Of a stretch of DNA of 64,000 nt, positions 51,161 through 60,760 are shown piece by piece. Under the pieces are notes generated by a model. The model saw only the letters and a list, made by a program, of their open reading frames with translations. It made no database searches and was not told where the DNA came from. Source of the stretch: Calothrix sp. NIES-2100 (lineage in GTDB: Bacteria > Cyanobacteriota > Cyanobacteriia > Cyanobacteriales > Nostocaceae); the NCBI GenBank assembly GCA_002368195.1, contig AP018178.1:5273286-5337285 (forward strand). The letters are read 5' to 3'. How positions within the stretch are numbered: position 1 is the stretch's first letter; each line of letters begins with the position of its first letter. The translations under genes were made by a program, and so were the position numbers.

Positions 51161-52177
51161 TACTCTTCAACTAGCCCATTCACCGATCAACAGTAGCTGT
51201 TGATATCGATGGAGCGGTGTTTTTTCGTCGTCTAAATCAGCATTTAGGGCGATCGCTTCGCTGCGATCGGCAACAAAAGTCTGTCAATCACCTATTGCCA
51301 ACAAAACAGTGATGATTGCCTGTCGCTCAAATTTCTTCTATTGAAATCGAACTAAAACCGGATTGTGAACAACTACTAGAAGTAGAGCTTGAGTAACTAA
51401 TCGAACTTGAATTTACGTAAATACTTGCATTTCCCTCAGAGGAAATACTGACAGAAATGCTCTGACTGACCTCACTTTGATCGTCGCCAGATGCCTTGAC
51501 AAAACTTTTAACCTCGGCTATAGTCTTTCCATCAGGTGAGACTATCCGTTTATTTACAACTCGATAGCGATTCACGATCGTCCTACCTACTTGTTGTTTA
51601 TTTGGATAAGATAAGCAAATCAGAGGAAGGATAAGTCAGGGGATAATGCGCGTTACAATTATCACCTGAATTGATCTGGCTCTGATGGCTCGCAACAACA
51701 AAATAAAAGTTTTTTCTGAGATTTGTTAACTTTGGGCAATTAATTTTTTAATTGCCCATGTTCATTATATAGCATAATTGGTGATTAACGATCATATTTT
51801 TGACTGTGTAATTCATAAAAATATCTCATCTATTGATAGATAGTAATTTGATTTTTTATGGTTTTAAATAGATAAATGCCAAAGTTATGGCTAATAACTA
51901 GCAAATTTTCTTGTCCAGATTTAAGCGATGGTTTTTTAGTTTTTGAAGCGATACAAAATCTGTCTTTGCCTTGGAAACTTTCCCATTAGTAAAGTAACCT
52001 GAATTCAAAGATTTATGTATTAACCTGACCCCCAATCCCCAGTATTAAAAATTCTTCCGGATCTTCCCCTCAACCCCGCCACTGCAAATGAGGGGTAGTG
52101 AAAATCGTAATTTTTCTGATTCTTCCCTCTCCTTGTAGGAGAGGGGGATTAGGTGGGTGAGGTTTTTGTAATACAAG

Positions 52178-54652
52178 TTAAAGTATTGCGCCTGCTTTTG
52201 TTTCCTCTAACTTCTGCTGACTTTCATCAATATCTTCTAAAATCCTGTGAACTTCCCTATGGTTGGGATTCAGTTCTAGCGCTTGTTGAAAATAAACTTT
52301 GGCAGTTTGTAAATCACCTGCCTTTTTTCGACTAAGACCTAATTTATAATTTAATTCTGCATAATGAGCTTGTTGGTCTTGTGAGAGTTTACCTTGGGTA
52401 TAAAGCGCATTACCTAAATTTACATCCGCTTCAACGCAGTTGGGCTGTATTTGTAAAGCTTTTTCATAGCAATTTATCGCTTCTTCCCATTTGCCTTGTT
52501 GTTGCAAAGCATAACCCAGGTTGTTGTAAATTGAAACCGCATCTGGTCGCAGAGCAATGGCTTTTCTGTAAGCGTGTTCAGCTTTTGGTAACTGTCCCTG
52601 TAGTTGACACAGATTTCCTAAAGTAAACCAAATTTTGACAGAATCAGGTTGAACTTGTGAAGCTGTACTGAGGAATTTCTCAGCTGCTTGCAATTCTCCC
52701 CTTTGCTGTGCAATTACACCTAGACCATATAAAGCATCAGGATGGTCTGGCTGGATTGACAAAACCTGACGGTAAGCTTGTTCGGCTGGTTCTAAGTGAT
52801 TTTCTCGATGTTCTTGGATTGCTAGTCGCAGGGTTTCCGCAACGCTATTTATAGCAGATATCCTGGGTTTGCCGACAGCATTCAGCAAAAATTCCTCTAA
52901 GGCTCGAATTGGCTCCAAGTCGCCATATAATTTATGCTTGTTCTGGGAAATTAACTCGGATATGTAGTGACGATATTCAGAATCTCTCCCTAGACGGATG
53001 GCAAATTGTACATATTCCTCCTTGCTAGAAGCAATTGTTTCCTCGATACCCATCATCTTCAAGATTGCCAGAGTATGTCGTCCCCTCATCAATTCCCCTG
53101 GTAGAGTGATAACGGGAACGTTATAGGCAATACATTCCAAGGTAGAATTACATCCAGACCAACCGATGCTATCCAGAAAGACATCTGCTATGGCAGCTGT
53201 GCCAGCAAACCTTCTGCTACTCATGCCCGGTAAAAATATACAGTAGTCTTGATAATTCAGCCCAAATTCCTGAAAAATTTGCTGTAAACGCTGACGAAAT
53301 ACTTCAGTAATATATTCACTCTCATCATGTTGGATAAATACAAACTTACAATTGCTTAACTCTTTAGCAATTTTGGGAAAAACGTCATCATGTTGAGGTA
53401 AATATTTAAATAAGGATTGGCAACACCATAACATAATTTCATTATCGGCAATGCCAATATCTTTTTTGCTCACAGCCTCATATTCAGTTGCTAGAGGCGT
53501 GTAATGAATAGATAGATTTGGTAATCTGACTAATTTTTCTGTATAGTGTTCTTGAGCATTTTCTGGTTCCATTAATTCACTGCTCAAGTAATAATCAATG
53601 GTTGGTAAACCACTGGTTTGAGGATGTCCCCAAGAAGTGATTTGAATAGGAGCTAGCTTTAAACAACCTAGTCTTACTGTCATATGATCCATCCCAAATT
53701 CCGGGAAAATCAGGATGTGTAAATTGTCTTTGTAAATTAGCTCAGCCCATTCTTCAAATGACAGTGACCCTTGAGTAAATTTGTCAAATTCTTTTGCGGC
53801 TCTTGTAGTGTTATGATCTCGCTTGGAGTTAGTGTGATATGCAAATAATTCAAATTCACTCCTATCCAAGTTTTCGATCCAACCCTTGATGGGAATTTTC
53901 CAATTAGAATGACTGTAAAAAAATTTGGAAACTAAACCAATACGAACTTTTTGATTTGGCTTTAAATCTGGCAGAGGAATAGCTTGACTCCATTGGGGAT
54001 AACAATTCGACGTAATATGAACAAGCATTTCCCCATAAGTTTTCTGCAAAGTCCGGTCATTTAAGCATTGATAAGCCAGATAAAAAGGCTGTAGTGAACC
54101 TACTGTATCTACAGATTTTTCTAACTCTTGTTTGTCAGCTATTTGATAATTTTGAGCTAATTCTTCTAGGTAATTTTGATAGTTATTTCGCTGAGTATTT
54201 ATTTCTGTATAACTGGAGTAAATAATTGGCAATTGAGCAATGAGAAGTCCAAATTTTGCTCTAGATAAATCAGGTTGAAACTTTAAGGCTTGCTGATATG
54301 CTTCTATAGCAGCCTCTAGGTCACCTAAGTCATAATATGTATTTCCTAAGTTCCAATAAGCATATACAAAATCAGGCATAATTTTTAATGCCTGTTGGAA
54401 GCATTTTTTAGCTGACTCTAAGTCGCGTTGACCCGTCAATGCACAGCCCAAGTTATGATGAGCCTCAGCATAGTCAGGTCTGATTTTTAATGACTGTTGG
54501 AAAGATGCTGCTGCTGCTTCTAGCTTACCTTCTTTTAGAAATATATTCCCTAAATTGAAATGTTCTTCAGCATTCAAATTGGTGTCTGTTACAGGAGAAT
54601 TCGATTGCAAAGATAGAGCCTCTGATGACATAACAACCTCATAAATCTGCAC
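52178..54652 (-). CDS. TPR-repeat protein with central O-GlcNAc-transferase-like (GT41/SPY-like) glycosyltransferase domain
   Basis: N- and C-terminal TPR blocks; central region (RIGLVSKFFYSHSNWKIP...APIQITSWGHPQTSGLPTIDYYLSS...) resembles GT41; C-terminal TPR block near-identical to N-termini of the two TPR-GT2 proteins. Confidence 0.8.
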   Translation of the reverse strand: MQIYEVVMSSEALSLQSNSPVTDTNLNAEEHFNLGNIFLKEGKLEAAAASFQQSLKIRPDYAEAHHNLGCALTGQRDLESAKKCFQQALKIMPDFVYAYWNLGNTYYDLGDLEAAIEAYQQALKFQPDLSRAKFGLLIAQLPIIYSSYTEINTQRNNYQNYLEELAQNYQIADKQELEKSVDTVGSLQPFYLAYQCLNDRTLQKTYGEMLVHITSNCYPQWSQAIPLPDLKPNQKVRIGLVSKFFYSHSNWKIPIKGWIENLDRSEFELFAYHTNSKRDHNTTRAAKEFDKFTQGSLSFEEWAELIYKDNLHILIFPEFGMDHMTVRLGCLKLAPIQITSWGHPQTSGLPTIDYYLSSELMEPENAQEHYTEKLVRLPNLSIHYTPLATEYEAVSKKDIGIADNEIMLWCCQSLFKYLPQHDDVFPKIAKELSNCKFVFIQHDESEYITEVFRQRLQQIFQEFGLNYQDYCIFLPGMSSRRFAGTAAIADVFLDSIGWSGCNSTLECIAYNVPVITLPGELMRGRHTLAILKMMGIEETIASSKEEYVQFAIRLGRDSEYRHYISELISQNKHKLYGDLEPIRALEEFLLNAVGKPRISAINSVAETLRLAIQEHRENHLEPAEQAYRQVLSIQPDHPDALYGLGVIAQQRGELQAAEKFLSTASQVQPDSVKIWFTLGNLCQLQGQLPKAEHAYRKAIALRPDAVSIYNNLGYALQQQGKWEEAINCYEKALQIQPNCVEADVNLGNALYTQGKLSQDQQAHYAELNYKLGLSRKKAGDLQTAKVYFQQALELNPNHREVHRILEDIDESQQKLEETKAGAIL

Positions 54653-54928
54653 TAGATTTAATCCACTCGAACACTATTAAGTGGATTAGTAAGGACACAG
54701 TTTAGAGATGTTAATAAACAAACACAAACTTTGAATAATTTCGTGTCCTTACAAGGACTTCATTTAATTCACATTATTAAATCTTCTTTAGGCGATCGCG
54801 GTCAATACGGTTCAGTTATGACTAAAACTCTTTGTCGAAGTTAATTTTTTAACTTTGACGCTACCCGAAGCTGCTGCTCAAAGGGTAGCGCAGAGGCGCA
54901 GAGTCCATAAGAGAAAAGGAAGAAATCC

Positions 54929-55747
54929 TTAAGTGATGATTTGTATCGAGAGTTGATTAGGAGCGACTCCCTGCACAAACCCAATTAAGTCTAAACCACC
55001 AGCCGCAGTAGGCGATGCAGCAGAAATAAACGTATCAGCACCATTATAACCAAATGAATACGTCGCCGCGCCACTTAACTGGATAATATCCTTACCAACC
55101 TCGTAGTCAAAAATAAACGCATAGTCTGCGTCCTCCCCACCTAGATAAAACGTCCCACCAGCATTACCCAGAACGAATGTATCGGCAGCGTTATCGGGGG
55201 ACAAGCCTACTATATTACCATCGTTGAGAACACCACTACCAACCAAGATATCAAACCCACCCGTCGGAGCAGCAGCGGAAGCTCCCACTATGGTGTCACT
55301 CCCCGCTCCTCCAAATAACTGGTCATCACCATCACCGCCAGTAAGGCTGTCATTGCCGCTATCCCCATAGAGGACGTCATTACCTACAGTGGCATCGAGT
55401 AGATCATTGCCTGCACCCCCATCCAAGTAATCATCGCCTAGACCGCCAAAAAGTTTGTCATCGCCGTTATCCCCAAAGAGTCTATCATCCCCAAAACCCC
55501 CTACCATGAAGTCATTACCATCGCCCCCACGGAGGGTATCATTACCGAAATCTCCGGTGAGGTTGTCATTGCCTTTACCCCCAGAGATGCTGTCATTGCC
55601 GTCACCCCCTAAAATGTTATCATTACCACCTCCACCTATGATGGTGTCATTTCCACTAAGACCTAAGATACTATAGTTAACAGTAATACTGTCTCCCCCT
55701 GGTACAGTGATTTTATCGTTGCCATTGGTTCCTAATTTAGAAGGCAT
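54929..55747 (-). CDS. hemolysin-type calcium-binding (RTX) repeat protein
   Basis: tandem GGxGNDxLxG nonapeptides ([42 protein letters not shown]...). Confidence 0.85.
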   Translation of the reverse strand: MPSKLGTNGNDKITVPGGDSITVNYSILGLSGNDTIIGGGGNDNILGGDGNDSISGGKGNDNLTGDFGNDTLRGGDGNDFMVGGFGDDRLFGDNGDDKLFGGLGDDYLDGGAGNDLLDATVGNDVLYGDSGNDSLTGGDGDDQLFGGAGSDTIVGASAAAPTGGFDILVGSGVLNDGNIVGLSPDNAADTFVLGNAGGTFYLGGEDADYAFIFDYEVGKDIIQLSGAATYSFGYNGADTFISAASPTAAGGLDLIGFVQGVAPNQLSIQIIT

Positions 55748-56085
55748 ATTTTTTGTCTCCTATAGTCTTAAAATTACAATTTTTTTGACACTGGTTATAT
55801 TTGTGTGAAAACCGCTATATTTCGTTTACACAAGCATTTCCACCCAGCCTAATTACATTGGCTTTCAAGTAATGCCTGTTGAAGATTTTTTCACATTGCA
55901 AAAATGTCACTCATCTATAGTTTTATGTGTTCAGAACTATAGAAAAGTGACTTATGTTTTTACCAACTTTTTGTTTACCTAAATTATCTATTGCTGAAAG
56001 ATTCTTAAAAAGCTCCCAGCAATTTTTATCAAATTTTGAAAAGTTGGCGATTAAGTTTCTATTTCGACCATGTCGAACTAGAAAC

Positions 56086-56385
56086 TTACTTTCCGCTGTA
56101 AGCAGTAGAGTTAACTAAAGCGTTAGCAGCACCAGCTGTGGTTTGAGTAACAAATACGATTTGAGCAATGTTCTTTTGTCCACCAGAAGCATCAGCAGAA
56201 CCAGATACTTCAGCCAAGTTACCAGCTAAACCACCGGTGTTCACAGCAAAGCTCTTGTAGGTGGTTTCGACAATGGTTTGCTTAACGTTTTTGTTGAGGT
56301 TAAAGGCTACGTTGGTAGCGAATCCGTCGCCACCAATTACTTCTTCAGATGCATCTTCAAAGTAGTTTAGGTCGTTGATAATCAT
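56086..56385 (-). CDS. small secreted peptide precursor with double-glycine-type leader (bacteriocin-like), copy A
   Basis: start set at MIINDLNYFEDASEEVIGG (strong AGGAGA RBS 9 nt upstream; ORF track begins further upstream); 99 aa; Gly/Ala/Thr/Asn-rich core. Confidence 0.6.
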   Translation of the reverse strand: MIINDLNYFEDASEEVIGGDGFATNVAFNLNKNVKQTIVETTYKSFAVNTGGLAGNLAEVSGSADASGGQKNIAQIVFVTQTTAGAANALVNSTAYSGK

Positions 56386-56465
56386 TGCTTTTCTCCTGAG
56401 ATTTGTTTGTATCAACTCTGTTTGAGTTGTTGATATCAATATAGCTAAGTCAATTCTGCTTGTAT

Positions 56466-56508
56466 AGCCAAATTGGCTGGATTTTAGAATTTCCTAGCCA
56501 ATTTGGCT
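56466..56508. promoter_or_regulatory. paired AGCCAA(A/T)TTGGCT motifs, 30-nt spacing, ~80-120 nt upstream of copy A
   Basis: tagccaaattggctggattttagaatttcctagccaatttggctga. Confidence 0.45.
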
Positions 56509-56700
56509 GATTAATTCAGTTAGAGTCAAAAACCGAAAATTGTTCAGGGGTGATTGAGCAACAAAACCCAACATTTTCGGGACTTTGTTGGGGTTCACTA
56601 CGTCCAAATACCACCTTGGTCAAGTCGAGAAACTTGCTCATGGAAGTGGCTCTCTAACCTACAATGATCCTTAACACCAAGCGTATTGGGTAATAATCGG

Positions 56701-56740
56701 AAATAAAAACACACCCAGTTTTATGTTTTCAACTGGGTGT
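56701..56740 (-). terminator. minus-strand rho-independent terminator between duplicated units
   Basis: minus strand reads acacccagttgaaaacataaaactgggtgt followed by gtttttattt. Confidence 0.55.
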
Positions 56741-56983
56741 TATTTCTTAAAAGCGTTATATCAATTGTATGTATATTGACAGAATAAAAGCAGAGGGCAG
56801 GAGGCAGGTATACTGCTATCTATGAATTAGGCTATAAAAAAGTTACTTACATGTTATTACCAACCTTTCTTTAACTAAATAATTAATTGGTGAAAGCTTT
56901 TAAAAGCTTTCACCAATTTTTATCAAATTTTGAAAAGTTGGCGATTTAAGTTCCAATTTCGACCATGTCGAACTACCGGAAAC

Positions 56984-57283
56984 TTACTTTCCGCTGTAAG
57001 AAGTAGAGTTAACTAAAGCGTTAGCTGAATTGGCTGTGGTTTGAGTAACAAATACGATTTGAGCGATGTTCTTTTGTCCGCCAGAAGCATCAGCAGAACC
57101 AGATACTTCAGCCAAGTTACCAGCTAAACCGCCTGTGTTCACAGCAAAGCTCTTGTAGGTGGTTTCGACAATGGTTTGCTTAACGTTTTTGTTGAGGTTA
57201 AAGGCTACGTTGGTAGCGAATCCGTCGCCACCAATTACTTCTTCAGATGCATCTTCAAAGTAGTTTAGGTCGTTAATAATCAT
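56984..57283 (-). CDS. small secreted peptide precursor with double-glycine-type leader, copy B
   Basis: 99 aa; differs from copy A at a few core positions (TTANSANALVNSTSYSGK versus TTAGAANALVNSTAYSGK). Confidence 0.6.
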   Translation of the reverse strand: MIINDLNYFEDASEEVIGGDGFATNVAFNLNKNVKQTIVETTYKSFAVNTGGLAGNLAEVSGSADASGGQKNIAQIVFVTQTTANSANALVNSTSYSGK

Positions 57284-57362
57284 TGCTTTTCTCCTGGTTT
57301 TGTTTGTATCAACTCTGTTTGAGTTGTTCATATAAATATAGCTAAGTAAATTCTGCTTGTAT

Positions 57363-57405
57363 AGCCAATTTGGCTGGATTTTAGAATTTTCTAGCCAATT
57401 TGGCT
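57363..57405. promoter_or_regulatory. paired AGCCAATTTGGCT motifs, 30-nt spacing, upstream of copy B
   Basis: atagccaatttggctggattttagaattttctagccaatttggctg. Confidence 0.45.
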
Positions 57406-57544
57406 GCTTAATTCATTTAGAGTCAAAAACTGGAAATTGTGCAAGAGGGATTAATGATTGAAACCCTACATTTTCGGGACTTTGTTGAGTTTTTACACGC
57501 TGAAACCAACATACAGTTATCCTAATCATATTGGGTAATAATTT

Positions 57545-57588
57545 GAAATGAAAACACACCCAGTTTTATGTTTTCAACTAGGTGTTGT
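57545..57588 (-). terminator. minus-strand terminator upstream of copy B promoter
   Basis: minus strand reads aacacctagttgaaaacataaaactgggtgtgttttcattt. Confidence 0.45.
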
Positions 57589-57893
57589 TTTTCCCTGGCG
57601 TTATATCAATAATATGTATATAGCAATCCTCAATAATTTGCGAACAACACAAACCCCGACTTCTTAAAGAAATCGGATATCTGAGGTTCTCAGTACTGCT
57701 ATATGTATGTATATTGACGCTTAATAAGGCGTGGATAATTAAAACAAATATCTGAGTTTTAATTCGTAATTACAAATTCCCCGCAACAGTATCAGTTTTC
57801 TAGGCTTAAATATTAAGCGTGTAGCTATCAACAAACTCTAAAAATTACTAAATGTAATCGGGAGAATTTGCTTTAATTCGTGGCTGGATAATT

Positions 57894-58160
57894 TTATTTA
57901 GATGCATAAGCAAGCGCTTGCGAAGAAGCAACAGCTATATAAGGAACTTTTTTTAAAGGTGATGTTATCACTTGCGATCCAGCTCGTGCATAAGTGGTTT
58001 TACCTTCGGCTGAGGCAAAACCACTACCATTTGAAAAGGCACTGAATCGCGATGCTTCACTTAAACTCGAAGATGATGAGACTGCTGAAACACCACCGCT
58101 TAAGATGATGCTGTTTTCCGCAGTTATAGAGGCTAAATATTCTAAATCAGCAATTTTCAT
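57894..58160 (-). CDS. small secreted peptide precursor with GG-type leader (divergent, Ser/Ala-rich core)
   Basis: start set at MKIADLEYLASITAENSIILSGG (ttggagaatttaaaagcATG RBS); 88 aa. Confidence 0.5.
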   Translation of the reverse strand: MKIADLEYLASITAENSIILSGGVSAVSSSSSLSEASRFSAFSNGSGFASAEGKTTYARAGSQVITSPLKKVPYIAVASSQALAYASK

Positions 58161-58413
58161 GCTTTTAAATTCTCCAATTAATGGTTGTAACAATATTAGA
58201 CAATTGTAAATTTTAATAATTTTATTTAGAATATAAATTTATCTATCCTAAATAAAAAGCATCTATCTTTTGATAGATTTTTACCCGGGAAAGGAAAAAT
58301 GATTATGCAGAATGTAAATTATCAAGATTTAATTAAAAAAATCTTTAGAAACCTGTGTTTTTTCTTTTGAATTAAACCCGAGAAAATTTTAACTAATTTC
58401 ATTAGAGATGAGG

Positions 58414-58426
58414 AGCCAATTTGGCT
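58414..58426. promoter_or_regulatory. single AGCCAATTTGGCT motif upstream of 57894..58160
   Basis: gaggagccaatttggcttc. Confidence 0.35.
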
Positions 58427-58679
58427 TCATTTTTATAGATAAATATCTCAGTCCTCAGCAAAATGCCCACAGTAAAGGCGAATGGTGAATTGTAAAGAGT
58501 TGGTAAAGTTAATTACAACCACAAATAGGGGTAGCATCAGCCGTAAACATCCCTTTCTGGAAAAGTTTTCATCCAAGTACAGTGGGCGCGTCAATAAACC
58601 ACCCATTAACAATTTCTGAAACAACAAGCGAAAATTTAACAGGACTTACGCACAACACAACGAAAGTAGCGTTTATAAG

Positions 58680-58760
58680 TAGGTAGACACAATTATTTAG
58701 AAGACGCATTTCGACTTCTCCCAAGGGGAGACGCTACGCGAACGCTCAATGCTCGATAGC
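58680..58760. repeat. partial copy 3 of dispersed structured repeat
   Basis: gggagacgctacgcgaacgctc matches cores of copies at 9727 and 36395. Confidence 0.35.
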
Positions 58761-59055
58761 TTGACAAGAAGAGGGTTGAGAGGAGTCGAAACCCGGTAAT
58801 GCGTTCGTTAGGTTTAATTTAGTCCCCTTAGGGAAGGCGAAGCCCAAGGGGAATAGGAACCTCTTCAAGGGAAAGAGTTTTGCTACCCAGATATAAGGGC
58901 TTCGCCCAACGCAGTACGCATATACATGAATGAAAGCTACGCAAAAATCAGGTTTTTGGTCACATTTTGCGTAAGTTCTACCTAATTAGGAATTACGTAG
59001 ATGCAGGTATAGCCTGAGCAGCTTCTTTTAGGCTAGTGCGGAGGCTGACAGGGTA

Positions 59056-59391
59056 TTAAGAATTACCTACTCCTCGCAAAGGTATTAGTACCTTGGGTTT
59101 TAATATTGATGATGCAACTGCGAGAAGTTTACTAATACCTTTAACCGCAGATGGAGTAACTAACGGTATCGCCTTAGCCCAATTTAAACGCCAATTCCCG
59201 ATCGCTGTACCAATTCCTGGGCTGGAGCTAGCAGTCTTGCCTGTATTATAGTTACTCAAACTCATAGCACTTACAGAAATACTACGGTTCTGGTTCAGAC
59301 TAGCAGTGACATTGAGATCGCCACCCCCGATAACAGTGTCATCGTCAGAAATAGGCTCTAAATGGTCTAAATCGTAAATCTTCATGCTCAT
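59056..59391 (-). CDS. small secreted peptide precursor with GG-type leader (divergent)
   Basis: MSMKIYDLDHLEPISDDDTVIGGG leader; aattggagaattta 5' leader shared with 57894 gene; exact start (59391 versus 59385) uncertain. Confidence 0.5.
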   Translation of the reverse strand: MSMKIYDLDHLEPISDDDTVIGGGDLNVTASLNQNRSISVSAMSLSNYNTGKTASSSPGIGTAIGNWRLNWAKAIPLVTPSAVKGISKLLAVASSILKPKVLIPLRGVGNS

Positions 59392-59778
59392 TAAATTCTC
59401 CAATTTATGCATTGTTGAGCATCTATATGAATTCTGACTTTAATATTTATAAATTCAGGAACTACCTAGTTGGTTCAAAAAATGATGGTAGAGGCACCAA
59501 ACTATCGCTGCAAGGTAATTAAAAAATTAGACAATATTCAGCTAACTGGATGTTTATTTTTTTCCGGCTCTTATGCAGCAAGCTTGATGACAAACTTGCT
59601 AGTTAAAAAAGCAGATTCAAGCCTACTTATTTTTCTTTTTAAGTAAAAAATTTACGCCATATTTAAGGAAAATTTCCAGTTTTAAATTTTGATATGGTTT
59701 GTCAACATTTCGCGATTTTACTTTTATCTAAGTTCATCAAACCTTTAAGAGTCTACCTAATTTAATCGAAAAATTAAA

Positions 59779-59791
59779 GCCATTTTGGCTA
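59779..59791. promoter_or_regulatory. single AGCCATTTTGGCT motif upstream of 59056 gene
   Basis: aaagccattttggctaa. Confidence 0.3.
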
Positions 59792-60635
59792 ATTTTTGGA
59801 AAAAATAGCAGGTGCATCAATCAAGCGCTAATTAACCGCTTATTTACAATATCTGATAATATATGTGACAATATAAGAATTAAGAATTAAGAATTATACG
59901 TTAGCGTTAATATTACATAGCAGTGGAAATCAAGCTACTAGCTAAAATTGGTAAAAAACTCCGATTTGTGGGTGGAGTTTTTGTCAGCGATCGCGGTAAA
60001 GCACTATGCTAAACCCCGAAAACACAGACGCGCAGCGCAGTGCAGTAAAACGTGTGTACCATAAGTATTCTTTCTCTTGACTTTTGCCTTATTGCACTAA
60101 TAGTCCATCACATTAATTATTATGGATACGTAGTTCGCAGGGGAGGGTGCTGAAAATAAGCACTCAAGTCCTGACTACAAAATTATTTACTTAAGTGTTC
60201 TGATTTGCGATCGCCTACTAGCGATCGCCCCACTAAGCTACTTTTTTATACTGTATACCAACTTGGATTACGGTCTACTTTGTCTTAATAAACACTACTT
60301 ATGATGAGTAGATTGTAACTAGTGTCAGTTGATAAAGTGTCACTCACCACATTCCTGAAATTGTTCTAGAAGATATATCCTTAGTTAGTGCAAGGAGTGA
60401 TACCACTTCACGACATGTTTGTTACAAGTAATTCTCGTAATGCTCCTCCTACAAGGATTGTTGCGGATTTCAGATGTTGCATCAAACAAGTGGATTGGTA
60501 TAAAGTTATACGGAGGAGCGCTTGGGTGAGCAAAACTCTCAAGCGCTTTTTCGTGTATAAATAAAAAAATTTTCCTCTTAGTGGTAATGAGTAAGTTTTT
60601 AAAAGCACATAGCTGGGAAGGGTCTAATTGTAGAC

Positions 60636-60760
60636 TGGGTACTAGGGACTAGGGGGATGAGGGGGACAAGGGAGACAAGGAGGACAAGGGAGACAAGGGA
60701 GACAAATATTCAATACCCGATGCCCAATGCCCAATGCCCAATGCCCAATGCCCATTTTAT
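60636..60760. repeat. STRR heptamer arrays (CTAGGGA, GACAAGG, CCCAATG)
   Basis: gggactagggggatgagggggacaagggagacaagg...cccaatgcccaatgcccaatgcccaatgccc. Confidence 0.8.

Larger units (their letters stand above)
55985..57750. repeat. tandem duplication of a ~0.9-kb unit (small peptide gene plus its 5' and 3' flanks)
   Basis: 56086-56760 and 56984-57620 align nearly collinearly, including shared 3' flank caatttttatcaaattttgaaaagttggcgatt. Confidence 0.8.

Noticed and set aside
51327-51575. 82-aa Ser-rich minus-strand ORF in the 1.7-kb gap upstream of the sugar operon
   Set aside because: Low-complexity (SSISYSSSTSSS) with no RBS seen; possibly real, but evidence is too thin to call.
60408-60608. 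66-aa ORF downstream of topA
   Set aside because: No RBS or motif; lies in a repeat-rich intergenic region next to the STRR array.
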